Assembly: GCA_028023455.1 (NCBI GenBank)
Contig: JAQFVV010000008.1
Coordinates: forward strand, 14,880,001 to 14,944,000
DNA length: 64,000 nt
Source: Epiperipatus broadwayi
Taxonomy: Eukaryota > Animalia > Onychophora
Direction of reading: 5' to 3'
Shown: positions 12,930 to 25,774 of the stretch, one piece after another
Numbering within the stretch: position 1 is the first letter of the stretch
Layout: each line of letters opens with the position of its first letter
Position numbers and translations under genes: made by a program
Notes under the pieces: model-generated
The model's database searches: none
The model's input: the letters and a program-made list of their open reading frames with translations, nothing else
Told to the model about the DNA's origin: nothing

Positions 12930-15600
12930 ATAGAATGCATGAACTTTACTCCATATACTATTTAAGACTGGAGGACAGCTTTTGTATCTAAGCTGTCAAT
13001 ACTTAAGACCAATATAGTGTTCTTAGTGAAACTTGTTTTCCAGAGGAAGGAAATTTAATAAAACAAATATATGGCTACAAGTTGTTGTTTTTTTGGAAAA
13101 GATTAAGAGAATGTATGGTGTTGAATTTGCTGTAAAGTTAATTTAGAATTTTCTATTCTTAGAATTTTTCATATAATTGAAAGAATAACAGTTTTAAAAC
13201 ATATCTTATACAATTGTAGCAGTGCTCACTGTATTACATGTCTACGTTCCAGTTTTAGATTCCAAGAACTAGAGAAAGAAAGCTTTTATTTTTTGTCAGA
13301 TAACATTATAACAGCAATACCATTAAAAGATATTTTTTTCTTCTTGAAGGCTTTTATGCACATGTTAGTACAAATAGTAAAGTTTGGTCAAGCATTATTG
13401 AAAATAATAGTTTTATTGCTATAAAATTCAAATGGTCTTAATTCTTTAAATAAAACAGATTATAGGCTTAAGTACATTATAAAGAAAAAAGTAATTTCAT
13501 TTTATCCGAAAACATTTTTTTCTCTTTGATATATTAAAATATATTACATTTTTTATCACAATCAGAAAAGTCAAATAAAATCATTTGCCCTAAATAATTT
13601 ACAATAGTTTAAAAATATCAAAATTGTTATTTATCCAATATTTCAGTAAATACAGAAAATGTTGTCTTTGATCATTTTCCCTTTTCCTTTCAAGCTTTAA
13701 ATATATATGCATACATACACTGGATTGTTTGCCTGAGAACACTTAATCTCAATTTTTACATAAGGAATTAATATGCTTTAGGCAATAAGGTTGACATCTT
13801 TCTACCATGAATTTTCATCTAGTTATGAATAGCAAAAGAGAAGCAAGGCAACTAACTTCTCTAAATTGATGAATCTTAATACTTTAACATTACAGTTCAG
13901 TAAAAACAAGCTAGTTATAGCTAAGTTTGATAATATCAGCAAAAAAATTTGCTATCGATAATGTAAGGTATACTAGATTGACATTCTAGAATTATAGTTA
14001 TAACAAGTTACTTTCAGGCAGAGATCTTAACATATGTAAGTATATACTTTAAAATAGTCAGCAAATAAAATTCAATCAACAATTTGATTACATCATATAT
14101 ATATATATAGACTTTCTTGACTTTAGTACTTATGCCGATATTTACTGATCACAGTCATTTTAGATATTTTTTGACATATTGAAAAGAACATATGAACCTA
14201 AAAATGAGATCACAATTCTATTAAATCCATAGATGACATTCTTGCATGATGACAATATTACAAACAGATAGAGGAGTATTTTGTTCATCTTTTGAATAAT
14301 GATACAAGAATTGATGATGATTTTAATGATATAAAGTCATTTTATCTATTTATATTTGAACAAAGATATCCAAATTATTAAAATCAAAACAACTTTATAA
14401 AAGCTTAAAAATAGAAAAGCTGCAGGAAAAATTGATGAGATACTTGAAGAAGCTTCAAAATAGAGTTATGACATCTTCAAAAATATTGAAATACTTTTAG
14501 AAATATATGAACCTTAATGAAGCTGTACTGCCTGATTTTTGAAAATAAAAAAATGGTCAATTGTACCAATTATCATGGAATATCATTGTTATCTATTGTT
14601 GCAACAATGCTTTCAAAGATTTTATTAATTAGGTTTCTTCTCATTATAAAATGAATAGTTGTAAGAGTCTCCATGTAGTTTTCAAAAATCGAGAAGTACT
14701 ACAGACATAGTTTTTACTGTCAGGAAAATGCAAGAAAACTGGGACAAAAGATTGAGTTATATATTGTTTTTATTTAGTTGGTCAGAGTACTTGATTTTAT
14801 TAATCAAACATGTATGTGTTACTGTTTGAAATTAATATAAGTGAAACATCTTATTAACTTTGCAGTGAAAACTGGTGAAAGAAGGATAGATATTAGCTCC
14901 AACTTTGTTTTCAGTTTTTTTGACAGTTATCTATAGAGCTATTTATAGGTGTTTTCAAGATGTGATATGGGTTTTATGATGCAGCTTGAATCAATTAAAA
15001 GCAAATACAAGAGCTTGATCTTTTTGACTTCTGAATTAATAATATGCTGATAATTATATTATCCTAGGCTATTTTAAAATGTTGTACAGAATATATTTGA
15101 TGTTTTTTAATGGAACATATAAAGATTTTGGTTTAGAAACTAATGTTTTAAAAACTCTCATGTCCTTTATCAACTACAGAAAAAAAATATTTTCAGCAAC
15201 TTTTAGTTTGAGTAGTTGTCAGTTTAATAATGAAAGCCAATTTAAATAACCTGGTAGCTTCTTAAGTAGAAAGGAAGATTTAGATGTTGAGATATAATAT
15301 GGACTTTAATGTGCTTCAGATACTTTTAACAAATGAAAAGATAATAAATTTTATTACAGTTGCTGCAATTGAATTAGTTGTGTGTGGAACTGTCAATTTA
15401 TCCAATTTATTATAGAGAAATGAGACTTGGAGTCCACCTCTCCAGTTATAACATAAAGATATTAGAGAAACTTCCATTTAAAGATGCTCTGTAAAAAAAC
15501 TAAAAATATGATAAATAAGATCATAAAACCAGTCAATATGCTCTTCAGCTTGCTATATAAAATACTATTATAAATTCACATCTTCATTGGATTGAATACA
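12930..15600 (+). mobile_element. Decayed RTE-clade LINE (endonuclease + reverse transcriptase)
   Basis: Collinear motifs despite many stops: RTAFVSK..NIVFLSET.FPEEG (APE), KLKNRKAAG, NCTNYHGISLLSIV..LSKILL, ESPCSFQKSRSTTDIVFTVRKMQE, LAPTLFSVF, YADN, FGLETN..KT, LL.RNETWS, FHLRC. Confidence 0.85.
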
Positions 15601-15679
15601 TGAAATGAATATATGACATAAGATTTTCTAGAAAGAATATTTTATATAAACTTAAATTAATACACTGTATATTAAAACA

Positions 15680-16125
15680 TAATGTGCTAAAGGTCTGCCC
15701 ATTCCTCGCATATGTATGTAAATGGATTATTCTCCAGTACATGAGGTGTCAGAATGACTAAATGGTCAACATGGGTAGGATGACAATCTTGGCACTAATG
15801 AGGGCTTTGAATGTTCCATCATCAGATTTTTAATAAAATGGATGGCTGAAGAGTTGTGGGTTGGAGTAGTTTGAAGCCTGTCCATTAAAGTATGAAGATT
15901 GGCTATCTTAATATAAAGCTGAGTACTGATTGTATATATTTGTGGAGATAGTAATCTGGACCAACTGATGAATGCTGGTTTAGCATGAAATACGTAAATT
16001 TGTGATTATTTATCTTTTCAACATGTGTATGGTTAGGTGAGTCAGCAATATGAGATGGCATGGAGAACTGAGGGTTGTGTGAAAGTCTGAGTTTGAATCC
16101 CTTATATAAACAAATATGATTTATC
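15680..16125 (+). mobile_element. Hammerhead/tRNA-like ~450-bp repeat, solitary copy A
   Basis: Aligns to the 45.2-47.1 kb copies (gcctgtccattaaag..gctatcttaatataaa.ctgag). CTGATGA at 15965-15971, ATGC/GCAT helix II, GAAA-T-ACGT-A at 15987-15996, B-box-like gagtttgaatccc at 16089-16101. Confidence 0.85.
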
Positions 16126-17852
16126 ATGGAAGAGGCAGACCCTAAATTGTAAGGTTATTTAAAAGACAGTTTTAAAGTAGCTCAATTTTGATTATTTTTA
16201 CTGGAAAGACATGGCTGAGAATAGAATATAATGCAGAGACATACGTTTAGACAAGGTGTTGAAATATTTAAGAAAAAAAAGTTTGTAGCAAAAGCGAAAA
16301 CAACATTGCAAAATATCAAATTAACAGAATAATGGACTAGCATTGCAATATGTAGATATATTTATAGTCTACTAATAGATTTGTATGTTCATTGCAATTT
16401 CATCTTTAAAATGAGTTTGTTTGTTTTTTTATCGAGTTGGAATGGACATAATCGTTTGCGATTGGCTGATGCTAGTGATAAACACTTGGGCAATTAATTC
16501 TTAATTTCATTTAATAAATGATTAAATATTTGTCTATTACCTTGTCCCAGCTAGATCTCATGACATTTATTGTAATTCAAAAACAATTTTGAAATTGCCA
16601 TAAATTCTTCATTGCATATTGTCGAAGGAACAGAATCTTTTTTTGAGCCAAGATTTTTGTTACCCCCCCCCCCGCCAATAAAAATATTTTTAAAATAATA
16701 ATAATAATTTGCTACTTTTTGTATTTTATTTTCTTTGCTCTTGCAACTAAATGAATATTGAAAATAAAAATATTTATCATTAAAAAATCTTTCAGCATTT
16801 ATACATGCTCTTTCAAAAAGAGATTAGAAAGAAGGACTAACTGAGATCAGAGCAGACTTTTTTTTATAACGGAGTCCTGGATGCAAATATTTTTCAGAGG
16901 ATCTTGACAAATTGCAAACAAAAAAGATTAAATAGGGCTATCAATATCAAATAAGCATTTTATAAATTTTATACATATAATCACATAAATATACTTAGTA
17001 AATATTGAATATTTTCACTCTAAATAATATCAGTGGCATACGCAGAAAAATATTTCCGGGGGGGGGGGGTATTGATTTAATTTGCAAAAATAATACGAGG
17101 CATGATAATGGTACAATTAGAAAATGATCTAGGGAAACTTGAACAAAAAGTGAGTTGTAAGAAAGAATTTGCAGGGGGCTCGGCGGTAGCCTCTTCCCGG
17201 GTAACAGCCGCACAGGCAACATTTTTTAAATTTTGGAAGTCAAAAGTACCCAAAAATTGCATTCATGAGTAAAATATACAAAACATATAATACATTTTAT
17301 ATGTATGGAAAAGTAGTGTATCGTTTTTATTTTATTTTGTGCGTGTACATGCATGCAGTTACTTACATTAGAAGATTTTCCCAAAAAATATTCAGTCTCT
17401 TGTGTTCCCATCGCCCCTAAAAGTAGAGGAACTCAAATTGGGCAATGCCAATAATCAATTGCTTTCCAGTTGCAGCAACTCAGTTCAGATAATTAAATGA
17501 CTTACAAACTAAACTTGATGATTATGAGATTAGTCCATCATAAAAATATAAAAATTAAATGGTATACATGATTTTTTTTTCAGTCGCACATTAAAGTATA
17601 CTTCGGTCAACAATAATTATTCACAAGAAATTTTTTAAGTAAATTAATTTTAAAAAGTTAGTGTTTTATTGAATTTGTATATGTATTTTGAGCATAAATA
17701 TATAATAAAAGTATTTTGTTTGTTTATAATGAACCATTAAATTAACTTAAAGCATAAGTTGAAAAAAATATATTAATTTTTTTAGCTGGTGTGCGCGTGA
17801 ATGTGTGATAGTATATAGTAAACAGCCAATGGTGGTATTGGAGGAGATTCTA

Positions 17853-17888
17853 CCCCCCCCCCCAGTAATCTCTCTGGCTATGCCACTG
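17853..17888. mobile_element. Additional internal hAT right-end TIR
   Basis: Reverse complement reads cagtggcatagccagagagattactggggggg, closely similar to the TIR at 17031. No matching TSD found. Confidence 0.6.
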
Positions 17889-18254
17889 TTAAAAATAAGG
17901 TAATGTAACCATAAACTTTCTTGAAAACACAAAAATATTAATAGTTATTGCAAGAAAAAATTCAGTAATGCCCGAAATATTTTATTGTTTTATAATATAA
18001 TACCTTCTATAATAAATTTATCTTGTAAACAATGTTAATTTAAATCTCAGCCAAACAAAAGAAAAATTTACATTTTTAGTTTAAATTTTTAAAATTGATT
18101 TGAATGGGGTATTTCCGTAAATTAAGTAAGCTTAAAAAATTTTTAATATGATATTCTACATATAAAATATTAAAATTTGGAATACCACTGAAATATCCCA
18201 TTTATTATTATTTATTAGAAATAAAGTGACATACATTTATATAATAATTATAAA

Positions 18255-20582
18255 AGTATACTTCCTCTTGAGCTCTTTGCCAAAGCATCTAATACTTTGT
18301 CAGTGTCTAAGGAAGCACATAATTCCAAGTAATGTTCATTATAGCTAAGTCATTCAGTCTCTGTTCTGATGTCAGGTTCCATATGTAAATTTTGATTCTA
18401 TGTAATGTAGAGAATGATCATTCAGCTGTGGCTGTTGCTATAGATAAAACTATTTTAACATACTATGAATTGTAGGATATAAATGAGAGTTGCAAAGATT
18501 CAAGTAATAGATAAAGTCCATTGAAAGATATTTTTGATCAATATAATGAGGCCTCCACATCTTCAACTCACCAAAAAATGCTTCTTTACTGCAAATAATA
18601 TTATCTGACCATTGTTCATTGGTGGCTTCTATAGATAGAAGGATTTCATCTTCTGCTGCTTATTTAATGTTTTGAGGAAGAAAAATTTCTATGCTATGCA
18701 AAATTTTTCTGTGCCATAAAAATCTGTCATGAATTTGAAATGTAAAGAAATAAAAAAAAACAACACAAAAAGTGGTATCCTGTAATACTCTTATAGACTA
18801 TCAATTTCTATATTTGATCACTGTGTCTACTTTGCCGTTTCTAATATGAATTTCAAGTTTGCAGGCACCTGATAATCATGCAATTTTCTCAGCATTTTTA
18901 AAAATATTGGTGAATTTTTAATGTAATTCTTAAATTTCTGTTTCCAAATTTTCACACAAATGCACACAAGTTTTCAATTCACCTTGTTTGATTGCAGGAG
19001 TATAACTAAGCCATGGGAAAGTGAGAATACATACTTTGCAATGTACATTCCAATTATAAAGACAAGTGTTTTTATAACTGATATATATGTGATAGATTTA
19101 CTTGATGTTTTACTGTTTGTAAATTTTTCAATTTCAGCAAAGGAGTCATTAGTGATGTTGTATTACTCAACAAACATTGAAATTGCATCTAAGTGTTCAA
19201 TCCATCTCACTTTGCAGAATTTGATCAGCTTTTTCTTTTTTGATTCCGAATGTACTTTTTCAACATTTTTTCACAATATAAATTCCCATTTTGGTGATTT
19301 TTCTAAAAAAAAAAGTTATAAATGAAGACATAGTTCCTAAACAATTTCTAATGCCAGGAACAGTGCAAGCATAAGAAAGAGCTAGATTCAAGTAATGGCT
19401 TCACAGCATATATAAATTACATGTGGGAATATTTCTCTTACTTTTGCTACACAGTCATTAAATTTTCCACTCATATTACTAGACCATCAAATCCCATACA
19501 TCACAAGTTGTTGAGATAAAGGCCAATCTCTCTAAGAGAATGAATTAGCATCTGTGGTAAAGAAGTTATGTGAGTATTGCAGATAAGTACAAATTTTAGG
19601 TAGTTTTCACAAATAACAAATATGCCATCAACTTAATCGATGTACTGAATGTTTATCAAAAATTGTTTAATTGCTAATATATCTGCTTTATCATCTTCAA
19701 GAAAAGAAAAAAATGAAGAGTTTTTAACAAGTCTTACAAATTTTGATATCAAAATGTTTCTGTATGTCTCTATAATTTCATTCTGTATTCTGGGACTTAA
19801 ATAATGTTTTTATCAGCTGTTACCAAATGCATTTGAAGAAACTGATCTTCTGTTTCAATGCAAAACTTCATTATGGTTCTAAATTTACCTACATTCCTAA
19901 AATCCTCATCTTCCTTATTGTTTTCAAAAGATCCAGAATCTCTGTTCAATCTTAGAAGCAGCCCCTTTTTCCTGCAAAAAATTACAGTAATAATTATAGG
20001 CGTTAACTTTTTCCAATTCTCTTCAACCTGAGATTTTCTTCCTTTATCAATTTGTTTTGTAACATCTTCTGTTCTATTTTCAAAAACCATCAAAAAGTTT
20101 GTTACTTCCTAGATGACATGTTTATGGTACTTTATGATTTTGAAATAGTTCTTTAACTTTTTCCACTTTTTTAATGACTTGTTTTAATAGTACTCCAAGT
20201 GTTACATGCCTACTTTTACCTATGCCAAACTGGACTGCAAAAACCTTACAAAATTTATAAGCTGACAGTAGACTAACCACATGAATTTTTGCAGTCAATT
20301 ATACTGACATTTAAGGTTACAGTTGCACCCTATGAATTTGGAATTGTCATCTGGTGCCCAGCAATTCTTCAACAACTTATACTTTTCCAGATCAGTAGTG
20401 TAATGTTTATATTTAAAAGCTCCAATATCAAAGCATAAATTTAAAGCATCTTTTCCTTTTGTATATTGTTTATCTGCTACCATATTGCTCACTGTTACAT
20501 TGTTAGAAACTGAAACACCTTGAGTCTTGTTACTTGCATTAGATGTTTCTAAAACCTTTTTTTGCTTTTGTGTTTGTATCAA
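18255..20582 (-). pseudogene. hAT transposase pseudogene (THAP12/PRKRIR-ZMYM1-like type)
   Basis: Fragments in order: FDIG..EKYKLLKNCWAPD..LKCQYN; VEENWKKLTPII.TVIFC..KG..LR..RDSG..GKFRTIMKF (DUF4371-like); GFDGSSNMSGKFN; HYLNLALSYACTVPGIRNC; CKVRWIE; C-terminal DKVLDA.AK. Multiple stops and frameshifts. Confidence 0.9.
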
Positions 20583-23500
20583 AATTGAAAATAATCACTA
20601 ATTCACTTCTTATTCAGCACTCTAAAATACTATTTAGAAAGCAGATAATAAGGCTAATAATTAACTTCAGCAAAAAATTAAGTAAAAATAATATATATAT
20701 ACAAAAATGTTTATTTTGAAAAATTACATGAATGTACTTTTAGGATGTGAAGGAAAGGGATGTCTGGAAAACGCTTAAAGCAATTTTTTTAAATAAATGA
20801 GTAAGCTTGATATATCATTATTAATATTCAATTTTAATTAAAACTTAGAGACAATTAAAATCATATTCGCTTTAACAATAACCACTAGGTGATAAGAAAG
20901 ATTATATATACTTTTTGTGTGTAAAAGTTTTCAGTGTAACGTAACTGAAATTGATGATTTGTACTTTTTGTTTTTATATCTAAACCAAGAACTATAATAA
21001 TTTAGAATTTTGAAATGCGGTAATTATAATTTTAGTTCTTTTTGAATTTTCAAGAGGTAATTTATCCGGCTAATCCCCCCTTCTTGCTAAGCCACAGCAT
21101 AATATAATATTTTATAAATAATTTGCGTTTACACCACAAAAAACACTTTCTTAATAAAAAAAAAACTCACATTTTATGACAATGTTAGAAAAGTCACATT
21201 TTTCCACATTTTTTTTTATATATTTAATATAACTAGTGTATTTAACTAATCTTCACACATCTTAGAGCAAAATTAATTTTTAATAAGCTTTAATTTACTA
21301 AAAGAATGTTCAGCAATTTTAAATTATCATAGGCAATGTGAAAAAATCTTATAATTAATGGAATTGGAAAAAAAATATATATAATTGTTATCCGGGGCAT
21401 AATTAACATATTTTTCACTCAAAATAATTTCTTTTAATATTTCTTAAATAAGATATACGCCTATATCTTTTTCACAAAAGGTTAAGAAATCTCTCAAATT
21501 TTTTACTAATTATTTATTTTCTAATATTTTTACATACATAAATAATTTTAGATATAATTTCAAATGTTTTTTCTATTTACATATTTATTATATTTTTAAA
21601 AAAAACCACCTAAATTCTTCTGCTGGATCCTTTGAGACACTTCACCCCCTGTCAAGTAAGAAAATAATCTCTTTTTTACCCCCCATAATTCGCCTTTGAG
21701 GAAAACTAGCTGAAATATTCATGTTGTGTGCAATATTTTTGCTTTATTTAAAAGTTCTTCAGCTTGGCAGTCTTAAATTTAGTATTATTTATTAAATTAA
21801 ATCCTGAATCAAGTACAATTATTTTTCTTTATAAAAGTATATTAGCATTCTGTTATTTATAATACAATAAATCATACATTAAACTTATTACCAATGGCAT
21901 TGTTATAATGAATCTAATATTAACTTTGAGCTTTAAATACAACTGCATTATTATTAGTTATATTGTATACATAATCCATTGACGAGACTAGCTGGTTGAC
22001 TAATAAATGTTTATTATACATTTATTTACAAATAATTTACATTTATGATATAAAATACAATGAGAATATAATACAGAAAATAAAAATACAATCACATTAC
22101 TAGTAATGTAAGTTAAATGTAAACTAAATAGCTAGAAAGCTCAAGACTGAACTGCAAACTATGAATATCCTAAGTTGCATTTTTTGAAACATTTCTACTT
22201 TCATTTACCAAAGAAGTGATTGTGACTTAACATGCTACAAACTTGTGCAAATAGATTATAATTGACTTGAGTATAGATCTTGAATTCTCCAGGCACAAAC
22301 ATTACCCTGAGTCAACATTCTTCTATTCTATCTTGCAATTGGATCACTACATCTGATTGGATTCACATACCTTTATTTAATTGGATAAATCTAGAATCCA
22401 CTAAGTGAATCTGAAGCTGATAGAAATAGATAATGTATTTGTACATTCAACTAAAGAATTTACTAACAATTTATAAATTCTTGTAATGCCTTACAAATTT
22501 GTTCAAATTGCTTATAAAATGCTTTAATTGAATCAATTTTGACTTCCCAATGAGAAATAATGCTTTAAGTATTATGTTTACAAACTTTTTCATAATTTCC
22601 CATCTTTTTATAAAAATAAAAAATTAATAGAGCTAATGTTGCATTATTCAAAAAAATTTTTACATTGTATACTGCTGGAAGCAACATCACAAATTAGCAA
22701 ATTAAAAGAATATGATACATAAAGCACATATTTTTCATGATTATTTAAACTAATTATTCAGGACTAATACTTTTATATTTATCTTTCATATTATTTCCAT
22801 TGTAGTATATTTGTTCTTTAAAATTTAGAATATCTAAATGTAGTCACACATATACCACCAGCCACTGAAATATAATTTACTTATTATATGTTGCAAAATT
22901 AATATACAAAGTAGTAATACAAATATATAAAAACATTATAATATGCAAATGCAAAAAATGAAGGATAAGAAAATATATCATTAAAGTATAATATGTTTTT
23001 TATTTGTTTTTATTTTTTTAAGTAAAGTTTTTTTTTTTTTAAGCTTTTGAGGCAATCTATAGCAAATTTTTCAGTAGGGCATCAAAACCCTAGTTACACT
23101 ACTGCCCATGAAGAACATAAAACCTGGATGCCATCCTCCCTTAAACCCACCCTTCATTGTGGCCAGCTCTGATTGTGTTACAGTCACATAACTATAAATG
23201 TTTTAAATTGTGTAATCAAATAATTCTGAAAGTTTTAAATAGTGTAATTTTTAAACTCAATTAATATATATATATAATGAATAGACTTTTGAGATTCTCT
23301 ACTTATGCCCTAAGTTAAAATTGCCAAGTATGTGCAACTTAAAACATTTGATTAATATATTATAATATTGAGTTGTTTTTTTTTTTTTGATTTCAAATAC
23401 AATTTTCACAATCACTTCAATTTATTTAATGCAAAAGCAAAATATTCTGTTATCATAAAATTAACAAATCATAGAATTCAACATAGTCGTTATTATAAAA

Positions 23501-25774
23501 TAATAAAAATTCAAAAATATTTTTATTAATTGTTAATTTTACATTTATTTATAATGTAAATTTGAAGGTAGAACTTTTGGTAACTAATTTATTACATCCC
23601 TTACTATTAAAATGATGTATGGAAATTTTTCTTGTGATAATTCATGTCATCAGTGATCAAAAACTAAACCACTGCCTCTTTCACGTTTTCTATATTCTCA
23701 TCTCAAGTCTACTTGTTTTTGTATATCAGAGGTATTTCTTCTCTAACAAAGGACAAATTATTGCATCTTTATTAAAAATAACATTAATAAATTATAAATT
23801 TAAAAAGTAAGTATAAATAATTAATAATTAATAATATATATGTTCAAACACATGTACATGTATTTTGCTTGCTCAGACTTGCTTGCAATTTAAGTTTTTT
23901 TTTTTATCCATTAAGTAATAATATTACAGAAGTAAATTTATACATTCAAATATATAAATATTTTCAAGAGAAAAAACTTATTAACTGTTTGTATATAAAC
24001 ATTTTAAAGACTTCAACCAGAAAAGCTAAATTTCTATTCAATAATTTTATAAGCTGGGCATGCTTTTGACCACCCAGGTCAGATTCATAGTACTCATAAT
24101 TGGTGGGAGAAGTAGTATTTAAATAAGGTCAAAACTATGTAAATAGTTAATTTACATGTTCCATTTTTTAAAAAGTAACAATGCTGGTGTTTTTTTTTTA
24201 TTAATAGCATGAGTGTTGTTGGAAATAATTTGCATTTGCAATCATCACGTTCAGAGCATACAATGCTCAGCTTGAAAAGCTGCTGAATAGAAATTTAGCT
24301 TTTTTGGTTTAAGCATTCAAAATGTTTTTATATTCATTATAAATATTATAAAAAAAAGTGATAAACCCTCAAGGATTTTTAAATATTTGCAATGTATACA
24401 TATATTTATGACAAGTACAATATTTGAAGATCACCTGCTAAATTTGCATTGTATTTTTATGATAATATGTAATTTTCATGCACTGTAATATAAAAAATAT
24501 TTATTACTTTAACAAAAAATAATTTCTGCTAAAAATTTTAACAATAGTTTTAATTGTTTATAAAACTAAATAGAAATAAGTATCAGATTTAACTCTCACT
24601 AAAAGATGTTTATAATAGCCAGTAAATAGTTTTTTTCATTTTTAAAGCTTAAAAAAAGTGGTAGCTATATATTATCAAAGTCTTTTATTTTTTTGCAATA
24701 TAAAAAATGATGGACACTTTTTTTAAAAAAAATACTAACTTATCAAATAATGTGGGAATTGATTAATGTGATAAAAAATATTTTGGAAAGAGCAGGAATG
24801 CTGAAAAAATAGTTAAACTTTATTTCTAGAATAACTGCAATTTTTCAGTGAAGTTGCTACTATCTAACCTAAATGGAGTTCTTTCACAATGAGTTTTAAT
24901 TCTATAATCTCAATCTTTAATTCATAATCTTGGGTATTTAGCTCAGTATCATATAATATACTATAAATGAGATGAATATAAATCGATTTTTCCTTGATCA
25001 TGAGTTCGCTATGGGTCAGACTTTCAGTCCTACTAATGTGAGAATGATTTGTGCCAAAAGAGATGATAAAAAATATAAGGAGGCTCAGGCAATTGCAAAG
25101 GGTCCAAATCCAATTAACAAAGAATTTATACAATTCATTGTAAAAAAAATTTGAACATTTAAATGCCACATTTACATATTAAGTTTCATTTACATAAAAA
25201 ATGATATCCATATATAGGCATAATTTTCAACTGCTAAATTAATACAACCCTATCATTTTGGAAGTGGTCTGATGAAAGTATGCTTAGTGCATTATAAAAG
25301 CCTTGAATCCAACTTTTATCTTTTTATAATACTCAGTTGTAATGAGTTTATAAGAATTACAACTTTTTGAATGTAAACTATCTTTGGTTCTGGAGAAAGT
25401 GTAAAATAACACATGTTTTTCAATTGTATTTCTGTTATTTTGTAGCAACTTATACATGGTCATTTCTTAATTTGGCTACTGTTGGCAGATCTTTTTTTTC
25501 ATAGACTCTTAAAACCTAAGGTGTAATAACTTCTTTGATAATTTCTAGACTCTAATAGTTTCAATTCAGTCTTGATAATAAATCTGAATCAATCATTCCC
25601 TTAACTAATTAACGATTGCTTACATCATCTATACCTTTGGAAAAAATCAAATGTGTCACTTTAAGAACATTTTTAAGTTTTTAATCTTCCTAAACTGTCA
25701 TTTTATTTATAAAAAAAATAATAAGGAATTTTCCCTCTCTTACTTAATCTGTTTATTCATTAAGTATATATATA

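Larger units (their letters stand above)
17031..21097 (-). mobile_element. hAT DNA transposon (~4.07 kb), decayed
   Basis: Left TIR cagtggcatacgcag (17031); right TIR reverse-complements to ctgtggcttagcaag (ends 21097). Near-identical 8-bp flanks aataatat / cataatat. Internal transposase remnant on the minus strand. Confidence 0.8.

Noticed and set aside
24972-25154. 60-aa ORF containing FAMGQTFSP, reminiscent of PLE RT 'AMGSPLSP'
   Set aside because: One loose motif with no downstream YVDD-like motif.
25269-25300. CTGATGA followed by an atgc/gcat hairpin
   Set aside because: No GAAA after the stem and no helix I/III, so not a hammerhead.
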